A stretch of 64,000 nt of DNA, taken from the NCBI GenBank assembly GCA_965218815.1, contig CBDCLX010000002.1, positions 2,201,074 through 2,265,073 of the forward strand, in the 5' to 3' direction. The position numbers and the translations under genes were made by a program. This stretch comes from Bdellovibrionales bacterium. GTDB taxonomy: Bacteria; Bdellovibrionota; Bdellovibrionia; Bdellovibrionales; JAGQZY01. Shown in pieces: positions 57,880 to 64,000 of the stretch (within the stretch, counting starts at the first letter, position 1; each line of letters begins with the position of its first letter). The notes under the pieces are model-generated. The model worked only from the letters and a program-made list of their open reading frames with translations. It was not told the DNA's origin and ran no database searches.

Positions 57880-58144
57880 GACTGATGAACAGAAAAGGAA
57901 ACTTGAACAGAAACTCTGGGATATTGCCAATACTTTTTTTAGAGCCACTAAAGAGAGCAACTCTTTTAAAAGTTTTTTGAAGATACTTTCCGTCCTTTTG
58001 GAAATGATATAAGAAGGATCACAAGAATCAGAAGACAACTGTCTCAGTTGAAAGATTCTTCTCCGAATAAGTATAATGAAATTTTTTGGATCTTCACTAT
58101 AAACAGTTTCATTTTTTCCCTCCACTTCCAATCCATCTCTTAAA
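57880..58144 (+). pseudogene. possible relic of the N-terminal domain of a type I R-M methyltransferase gene (hsdM-like), frameshifted and cut by a MITE
   Basis: Frame reads TDEQKRKLEQKLWDIANTFFRATKESNSFKSFLKILSVLL (compare the HsdM N-terminus LE.KLW..A..LRG.....EYK..IL.L.FLK). A later frame gives ...YNEIFWI (compare AENVFWVP). This is a weak call from memory only. Confidence 0.3.
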
Positions 58145-58218
58145 TATACTGATCGTGTTTGAGTTGTCCGGTGTTTCAAGAGGGAAAAGTCCGTGAAATT
58201 TCAAACACGATCAGTATA
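58145..58218. mobile_element. IS630-type MITE copy A6
   Basis: tatactgatcgtgtttgagttgtcc...ccgtgaaatttcaaacacgatcagtata. Confidence 0.85.
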
Positions 58219-58240
58219 ATTTCATTTTGAAATGAAATAT

Positions 58241-58771
58241 TTAAATGGCAAGAACGCTGGCAAGAGCATCATTTACAGCCTGGTTGAGTGTATCACTTTC
58301 CATTTGTGCCTTAAACAGGGCTACCATAAAAGGGTCCTGTTGAAGAACAGCTGTATTAATAATTGTGTAAACACCTCTGTTCCTGTTTCTCTCTTTGATA
58401 GCATCCACTGCGGCTTGGATGTATTTCTTCAGATATTGATTCGGAAATAACATGGATATGGCTTCAGCCAGGGAAAATTCAAATGGATCATTATATCCAC
58501 GGACTATTTCATTTGATATCTCTTTGGCTAAGATCTCTGCATCCTTCCACCATTTTAGAATCATAATCTTGTCGGTCAGATCCTCTTTTGTCAACATATT
58601 AAAAACTCTCATTCTGTAAGGACTGCCCTCTGGAAGATTGAAACAGGGACTCTTGTACAGTTCCGCAAATTTTCTTGATCTTTCAGAAGCAGAAGGGATT
58701 TGTTCAATAGAAGTCATAATTCTGTCCGTAAAGGCTTTGAAAGAGTGATTCAGGAAATCCGTGGCTCTCAA
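58241..58771 (-). CDS. paralogue of the 56122..56877 family lacking signal peptide and ATG start (TTG start or 5'-truncated copy)
   Basis: The core RVFNMLTKEDLTDKIMILKWWKDAEILAKEI aligns with the 251-aa protein. The frame stays open upstream to 58798 without an ATG or RBS. Confidence 0.5.
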   Translation of the reverse strand: MRATDFLNHSFKAFTDRIMTSIEQIPSASERSRKFAELYKSPCFNLPEGSPYRMRVFNMLTKEDLTDKIMILKWWKDAEILAKEISNEIVRGYNDPFEFSLAEAISMLFPNQYLKKYIQAAVDAIKERNRNRGVYTIINTAVLQQDPFMVALFKAQMESDTLNQAVNDALASVLAI

Positions 58772-58876
58772 AAATTCAAAATCGTTTATGGGACCTTTTT
58801 ATAAGGCTTTCTTTATTATTTGATTGTTGTATATCTTCATGAAGATTTGTACTTCTATAAGTTAAGGAGATTTTTT

Positions 58877-59111
58877 ATGAAACATTATAATCAGTTTTTC
58901 TGTTTTTCTTGTGATGACTTCCACTGCTTTTGCCAGCCCAATAAAAGTTTTAAGTATTGAGGGTTTAAAACCGGAAACACGAAATTTTATCGAGACTTAT
59001 TGGGATAATATTGCTGACGAAGTTGAGGCGAGACATATTGCCAATGAGAACCGTATCAGAAATACTGTTGATGATATGGAAAACGATAAATTCTTCGAGG
59101 GAAGTTTATAA
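58877..59111 (+). pseudogene. frameshifted N-terminal fragment of the same family (signal peptide plus ~55 aa), truncated by an IS91 fragment
   Basis: AAGGAGA RBS 6 nt before ATG 58877. Removing one T from either T5 run (58895-58899 or 58903-58907) gives MKHYNQFSVFLVMTSTAFA/SPIKV... The downstream TRNFIE...NDKFFEG resembles TIKNFIS...NEKFVEG of the 251-aa protein. Confidence 0.5.
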
Positions 59112-59149
59112 GAGCGGATAAGACCAGCATCATTCGTATCCTTATTGGG

Positions 59150-59345
59150 CAGATGCAGCCCACTTTGGGTCAGGTTCATATTCTCGATATCAACAAAAAA
59201 AACAGGTGGAACCGAAGGTAAGAATGTCTGTGTACCATGGCCCCCGATGACTTTGAGTTTCCCCCCACACTCCGAACAAACCTCAATGTCCATTCCAAAA
59301 ACCCTTTTAAGTCTCCTGGCCCTGTAACTCCAGTGGGCAGTGTAA
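59150..59345 (-). mobile_element. IS91-family transposase C-terminal fragment (zinc-ribbon region)
   Basis: Reads ...RRLKRVFGMDIEVCSECGGKLKVIG... (compare IS91 LLKRVF.ID...C..CGG.LK.IA). Confidence 0.6.
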
Positions 59346-59440
59346 CTGCCAAGTGATTTTCTGTTACCAGGAGTACAATTCCATCATTTGTTACTCGCTC
59401 CCCATAATTTAACTTCGTCAATGTTCAGTTCAAACTTTAG

Positions 59441-59462
59441 ACCGAACTTCTCATAAACCTCC
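59441..59462. repeat. REP/BIME-like family B, left arm only
   Basis: accgaacttctcataaacct, immediately 3' of the aroC stop. Confidence 0.5.
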
Positions 59463-59466
59463 CATA

Positions 59467-60447
59467 CTAAAGTCGATTGAGCCGGAAGGCCAGATTATGA
59501 TCGGCCAGAACATTCCAGGCCATGGCTTCCACCACGGGAAGGGCACGAAGGGCCACACAGGGATCATGACGACCGGTTCCGGCAATATCCCTGATACTGG
59601 CCGTAGGTTTGAAGGCAAGAAAAAATTCCATGTTCTCTCCTGTGGCAATTCCGCCTCGAAGACCTCCATAAACATTGGATTCCATTTCTTTATGAACATC
59701 ACTGCCTTTGGCATCAGCCAGGGCAAAGCCTCCCCCCAGTTCCACTCCACAACAGGCATTGATGGTCACAAAAGCCCGGGCCAGATCAGCTTTTAATTTT
59801 CCAAACACCGGTTCACCAATAAAAGGTCTGTGATTTTTTATAATTACTGAAACCCTGGCTCCAAAACTCTCTTTGTCCTCTCTTGCCTGAATCAGTCTCT
59901 TAACAAGAGCTTCATCTTCAGGCCCGGAAACAGTCTGACCACCCACTGATAAAAGTCTGGTCCTGACTTCTGTCCCTGGATGTTCACTTTGGCAAAACAT
60001 TTGGGCAAAAGCTGAAACAATGACCCAATTGAGTGTTTCACGGGCTGAAGCCCGACCACCCCCTCTATGGTCCCAATGGCCAAATTTATTTTTCCAAACA
60101 TCATCGGCATGACCCACACGAGCCTGTTTTTTAGCCCATTCATAGTCTTCAGGTCTCTGATCTGTGTTATAAACAATGACGGCAATGGGAGTGCCCAGGG
60201 TTTTATTTTCAAAAACACCACTGAGAACATGAGGTCTGTCAGGTTCCCTTCGCTCACTGACTGGGGTTTCCTGTCCGTCAAAACAACCAGGTCGTCTTTG
60301 CTCCAGTTTTTTTATCAAAAGTTTTTCGTCATAGGAAACACCTGACGGACAACCATCAATGACAACACCCATGGCTGGTCCATGACTTTCCCCAAAAGTG
60401 GTCCACTGAAAAAGTTTTCCAAATTGATTGGATCCGGCACTCACCAC
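59467..60447 (-). CDS. aroC: chorismate synthase
   Basis: FGKLFQWTTFGESHGPAMGVVIDGCPSG, GRHDPCV. GTG start with an AGGAG RBS. At 326 aa it is shorter than most AroC proteins. Confidence 0.9.
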   Translation of the reverse strand: MVSAGSNQFGKLFQWTTFGESHGPAMGVVIDGCPSGVSYDEKLLIKKLEQRRPGCFDGQETPVSERREPDRPHVLSGVFENKTLGTPIAVIVYNTDQRPEDYEWAKKQARVGHADDVWKNKFGHWDHRGGGRASARETLNWVIVSAFAQMFCQSEHPGTEVRTRLLSVGGQTVSGPEDEALVKRLIQAREDKESFGARVSVIIKNHRPFIGEPVFGKLKADLARAFVTINACCGVELGGGFALADAKGSDVHKEMESNVYGGLRGGIATGENMEFFLAFKPTASIRDIAGTGRHDPCVALRALPVVEAMAWNVLADHNLAFRLNRL

Positions 60448-60702
60448 AAAACTCCTGTTATTTTTATACTATTACCAACCACACAGAATCAGTATAGATA
60501 ATACTTTATATCATAAAAATCTATTGGTTAAAAAGTATTTTTCAGGTTAAACGGGCAATCAAGACCTCTCATTGCATATATCAACTTTGGATATTTTTGG
60601 TCCAAACAGGAATCAACCGGATATTAACACTGACTGGTTTTTGAATTTTCAGTGGGTTTTCCTGCAAGTGACTGGACAACAGAACAAACCACTGTTTAAT
60701 TT

Positions 60703-62784
60703 ATGCCAAGGAAAAAAATGAAACCTTTTCTGTTTTTTGTTATTTGTTTTACGTTCTCATTTTCAAATTTATGGGGACAGTCCTTTACAAAAGATGAAGT
60801 CAAACAGGCATGGACCAACACGGGTTATGACTTTAAAACACTTGCCCAGTTGCTGGAACCGTCATACTGCTATGAGTCTGAAAAGACATTCACTTCCTGC
60901 CTGATGGCTTTTCACAGATTGTTTTCAACAGCCATGGAAGAGGAACCCCATCAGTTAAAGGTCTCTGATCTCAACAAACTGGAAATTGTTCCTTTTTCCA
61001 GGCCGGACAATCCAACAGCGAAGGAGTATCTTGCACTTCAGGCAGAACGCAGGGAATCCTTCCGCCGGTTTTTTAAGACACAGGCCAACGTGGAGCAGGA
61101 GTTAAACAGGATAACCCAACAGATTTTTGAATTTGCCAAAAAAATCCCACAGACAGACAGGAGCAAACTGGCTGCGGACACTTACAATGCTTTCCTGGGG
61201 GAACTTTATGACCCCAACAGTTATATGTTCCCCATGGAATTAAAAGCGACAACAATATCAAAATCATCAGGCAAAAATCTCTTTGGAATAGGAGCCCATC
61301 TGAAAATTTATAAAACAGAGGATGGAAGGACCACCATGGCTGTCTATCCCTTTGAAGCCTCACCATCCAAGGCCGCAGGTTTCAAAAAAGGAGACCTGAT
61401 TTTAAGCGTCGATGACTTTGGTATCGGTGGGTTGCCTGCCAATACAACACAAACCCAGGAGGATATAATCTCCAGAATCAAGGATCAGGAAGGCACCCAA
61501 GTGAAATTCAATGTTCTGAGTGTTTGCAATAACCAGGAAAAAGAAATTGTAGTGACCCGGGGACCTGTCAGATCCCCCATCTTCCATTGGTTGGCAGAAA
61601 TGAACAATTATTTTGTGAATCTCACCCGGGAGGAAGCCCTGGACTGTGAACCCCGGAAGGCATCCACTGAAGGAGGTACTGAAGAAGGTTTGGATGTCAG
61701 GCAAGCTGCTCTGACAGAAAAAGACACAGACACAGCCTCTGAATCCGATTTTGATGAACCTCCCCAGGCTCTCTATATGTCTCTAAAAAGCTTTGAACCT
61801 TACCAGTCAAACCCAGTCACCGCCAGTCTGATCCGGTCATTACTGCCTGTCATGCCAATGATTGGAGAATTCCCTGTCTGTGCTGAATTTATGGCCTTAC
61901 AGGCCAAGGATCTTGACAACCCCCAGAGTCAGGGAATGATCCTTGATCTTCGTGGTAATACAGGGGGATCCCTCCATGAAGTCTCCTGTATGCTGAATAC
62001 TATTATTCATGATAATGGTGGCATCATCGCACGTTATTTACCATTTGAAGAAGGCCAAATTAAAAGAAGCAAGGCCACCAGCAAAGATCAGGCTTATCTT
62101 TTTACAAACGAAGGGTTCCCTCTTTCTTTAAAAAACCGTCTCCCTAATTTCATGACTTATAATAGAAACATTGTTGTCATCGTGGATAGGGCTTCCTCCA
62201 GTTCCTCTGAAGTTTTTGCCGGAACCATACAGGATATGAAGCGTGGTTGGGTGATCGGTGATCGCACCTTGGGTAAGGGCAGTGCACAGGAAGCCTCAAT
62301 CATACATCTGCCCCCCGACCCTGACAAAGGGGGCAATGAGCCACAACCCATTGAACTGAAGATAACCACGGGAATTTTCACTTTAAACAGTGGGCGATCA
62401 CCCCATAGACATGGAATCATCCCCGGCTTTCGTTTTTCAACCACTGGTGAACCCATTGAAAATGAGACCAATTATATTTCTTTTTATGCCTCTTTTGCGG
62501 ATCAGGTGTTTTTTAATAACATTCAATTTGAAAATGTTCCATGGAAACAAAACCGTCCCGAAGAATTGGCCCAATTGAAGGAATGTGTTAACACAGAGGG
62601 ACGCATGGGCAAAGCCCTTAAGGAGAAAATTCAGGAAGACAAAAAATACGGTCGTCCTTTTGCCAGAGACTATTATCTTGAGTTGGCAAAAGATATTTTG
62701 ATGTGTTCCAAACCACGTTCCGATTATAAATTATCCCCCAATGTGTCACTGCCTTATGGGAGAGGTCAGACCGATTCGGATTGA
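60703..62784 (+). CDS. S41 family (tail-specific/C-terminal processing) peptidase with PDZ domain, exported
   Basis: Signal peptide, PDZ-like GFKKGDLILSVDD, S41 catalytic region DLRGNTGGSL ... ASSSSSEVFAGTIQDMKRGWVIGDRTLGKGSAQ. Confidence 0.85.
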   Translation: MPRKKMKPFLFFVICFTFSFSNLWGQSFTKDEVKQAWTNTGYDFKTLAQLLEPSYCYESEKTFTSCLMAFHRLFSTAMEEEPHQLKVSDLNKLEIVPFSRPDNPTAKEYLALQAERRESFRRFFKTQANVEQELNRITQQIFEFAKKIPQTDRSKLAADTYNAFLGELYDPNSYMFPMELKATTISKSSGKNLFGIGAHLKIYKTEDGRTTMAVYPFEASPSKAAGFKKGDLILSVDDFGIGGLPANTTQTQEDIISRIKDQEGTQVKFNVLSVCNNQEKEIVVTRGPVRSPIFHWLAEMNNYFVNLTREEALDCEPRKASTEGGTEEGLDVRQAALTEKDTDTASESDFDEPPQALYMSLKSFEPYQSNPVTASLIRSLLPVMPMIGEFPVCAEFMALQAKDLDNPQSQGMILDLRGNTGGSLHEVSCMLNTIIHDNGGIIARYLPFEEGQIKRSKATSKDQAYLFTNEGFPLSLKNRLPNFMTYNRNIVVIVDRASSSSSEVFAGTIQDMKRGWVIGDRTLGKGSAQEASIIHLPPDPDKGGNEPQPIELKITTGIFTLNSGRSPHRHGIIPGFRFSTTGEPIENETNYISFYASFADQVFFNNIQFENVPWKQNRPEELAQLKECVNTEGRMGKALKEKIQEDKKYGRPFARDYYLELAKDILMCSKPRSDYKLSPNVSLPYGRGQTDSD

Positions 62785-62846
62785 TTCTCTGTTGAACTCA
62801 CCCCGTGCATGATCCAGGCTATGGGTCAGTCTTGGGGGGAGGGAGG

Positions 62847-62911
62847 GCTGATTTCTCATAAACTTTCTGCTGCGGCTTTCAAGCTTCCGAAAGTTTATGA
62901 GAAATGCGGGC
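62847..62911. repeat. REP/BIME-like family B, complete hairpin copy
   Basis: gctgatttctcataaactttctgctgcggctttcaagcttccgaaagtttatgagaaatgcgggc. Confidence 0.75.
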
Positions 62912-63065
62912 TAGCCTGGACTTCCTGAATATCCTTAAAAATCAGACCCTTACAAAAGTCCTGAAAAGCTTTCACTCCGGCCTTTTAAAAGTTATACTGT
63001 GATAAGGCTTTCAAGGAAATGATGGCACCAATGATGAAATCAAAAAACCTTTACCGGAGTCAACC

Positions 63066-64000
63066 GTGAATTTTTATCATAAAATAAAATGTTTCTGCCT
63101 GATTGGATTTCTTTTGTTTTCACAAAAAACCTGGTCGTCCCTGCGTCTGGAGAAAGGTTCCTACGCCAATCCCACTCTTATTGACACTCTGACTGCCAGC
63201 ACCAACCTGAATTTCACCTATCATGGTTGTGACCCCACTCCAAACCCGGAAAACATTGAACTTGTCACTGATGGAGACTGTCGATTGGTCCGTGAGTATG
63301 ATCTTGGACAAAGTGATGGTTTAAAATCCGCTTCGGGAACCATTGGGGAAATGATTGTCCGTTATAAAAATGACCAGACAGACTGTTCCAGAAAATACAC
63401 AAAGACACTGCACACCCGTTTATCCCTGAAGGATGCCTACGAAAAATTCGAATCCAAAAAATGTTATCCAACTCACCTTTTAATCAGGGACAGTGCACGG
63501 AGAAACAGTCGTTATGTCTTCAGAACCCGTAAACAAAAAGGGCTTTGTACTCTTCCCAAAATCAATGTCAGCAAAGAGGGCTTTCCCACGGAAGATCACG
63601 ATTTTTTCAATCTTTCAGCCAATGAGGACGGTTTTAAAATTGGAGACCACACCCATTATCGCTACAATCACAATTCCGAACAATGGTGTGTCTCCTACCG
63701 AAAGAACCCTTATAAATGTGGACAATTTCCAAGTCCCCTGCCCATGGCTTATAAAAACACCGGCACAGGCAGGACTTATCTGAAAGCCGTGGTATCCTTA
63801 AGTCCCGATGGAGGAGCCAGTATTTTCGCCATTGACAAAAACTATCCCAATGTCAAAGCCATGTTTGAAGACCAGAAAAAGGGCAATTTCACAAAAGTGG
63901 ATCATACAAAAGGACGCATTGATTTTCGAACCTGGCAGAAAGACAATGGTATCCCCCGCTCCATGATTTCCTCCTATGAATATGACCCGGACAATCCAAA
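63066..64000 (+). CDS. Cys-rich exported protein of unknown function, 3'-partial (runs off the window)
   Basis: I translated this frame codon by codon from GTG 63066 to 64000 (311 codons) and found no stop. It is absent from the ORF track because no stop is reached. GGAG lies 6 nt upstream. The N-terminus is hydrophobic (KCFCLIGFLLFS), and there are at least 9 Cys. Confidence 0.6.
   Translation, partial: MNFYHKIKCFCLIGFLLFSQKTWSSLRLEKGSYANPTLIDTLTASTNLNFTYHGCDPTPNPENIELVTDGDCRLVREYDLGQSDGLKSASGTIGEMIVRYKNDQTDCSRKYTKTLHTRLSLKDAYEKFESKKCYPTHLLIRDSARRNSRYVFRTRKQKGLCTLPKINVSKEGFPTEDHDFFNLSANEDGFKIGDHTHYRYNHNSEQWCVSYRKNPYKCGQFPSPLPMAYKNTGTGRTYLKAVVSLSPDGGASIFAIDKNYPNVKAMFEDQKKGNFTKVDHTKGRIDFRTWQKDNGIPRSMISSYEYDPDNP

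Noticed and set aside
57871-58179. 102-aa ORF on the minus strand
   Set aside because: Its start codon lies inside MITE copy A6, and the rest is antisense to the putative hsdM relic. It has no RBS and is probably spurious.
4679-58218. Recurrent ~73-bp palindromic repeats, which could suggest a CRISPR array
   Set aside because: The copies are dispersed kilobases apart, in both orientations, with TA flanks and terminal inverted repeats. There is no regular repeat-spacer periodicity and no cas genes. They are MITEs.
60465-60496. The 32-bp string tatactattaccaaccacacagaatcagtata, with MITE-like outer hexamers
   Set aside because: Only the outermost 6-7 nt match. It is too short to tell a MITE footprint from chance in A+T-rich DNA.
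1-64000. tRNA, rRNA, tmRNA, RNase P and SRP RNA genes
   Set aside because: I scanned the intergenic regions by eye for T-loop (GGTTCRANYC) and other hallmark strings and found none. Visual scanning is not exhaustive, so a tRNAscan/Infernal run is needed.

Overview
The window is chromosomal DNA from a fairly A+T-rich Gram-negative bacterium. Lnt, an LpxL-type acyltransferase, a beta-barrel OMP, BolA/Grx4 and a sigma-54 two-component pair suggest a delta-proteobacterium-like or Bdellovibrio-like lineage, but I cannot assign taxonomy from sequence alone. Most of it is housekeeping: mltD-like, rmuC, prolyl oligopeptidase, glmU-glmS-lnt, murE-murF-mraY-murD, map, ahcY and aroC. Three accessory regions stand out. 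(1) At 18.5-34.7 kb there is an ABC-transporter-dependent rhamnose-polysaccharide cluster (GT2, rfbBDAC, an 18-TM giant membrane protein, wzm/wzt, wecB, OMP). Its RgpF-like rhamnosyltransferase unit is present three times at near identity. Two copies are head-to-tail, and copies 2 and 3 bracket the exporter genes, alongside a MITE, an rfbD relic, an IS630 relic and a truncated GT2. (2) At 48.3-55.3 kb two co-oriented surface lipoproteins share module types. One is 1699 aa with an internal ~1.45-kb tandem duplication, Calx-beta-like modules and a GLUG-motif C-terminus. (3) At 55.4-59.5 kb there is an IS graveyard with IS91, ISL3, MITE and possibly hsdM fragments. It holds one intact gene and at least three decayed copies of an uncharacterised small secreted-protein family. 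Two interspersed repeat families run through the whole window: a TA-flanked ~73-bp IS630-type MITE, and a REP/BIME-like palindromic element that sits mostly at gene 3' ends. I found no CRISPR array, tRNA or rRNA, and no recognisable defence or secretion operon. The candidates for novelty are the orphan family, the giant membrane protein, the triplicated glycosyltransferase architecture and the repeat families. All functional calls rest on motif recognition by eye, not database searches.
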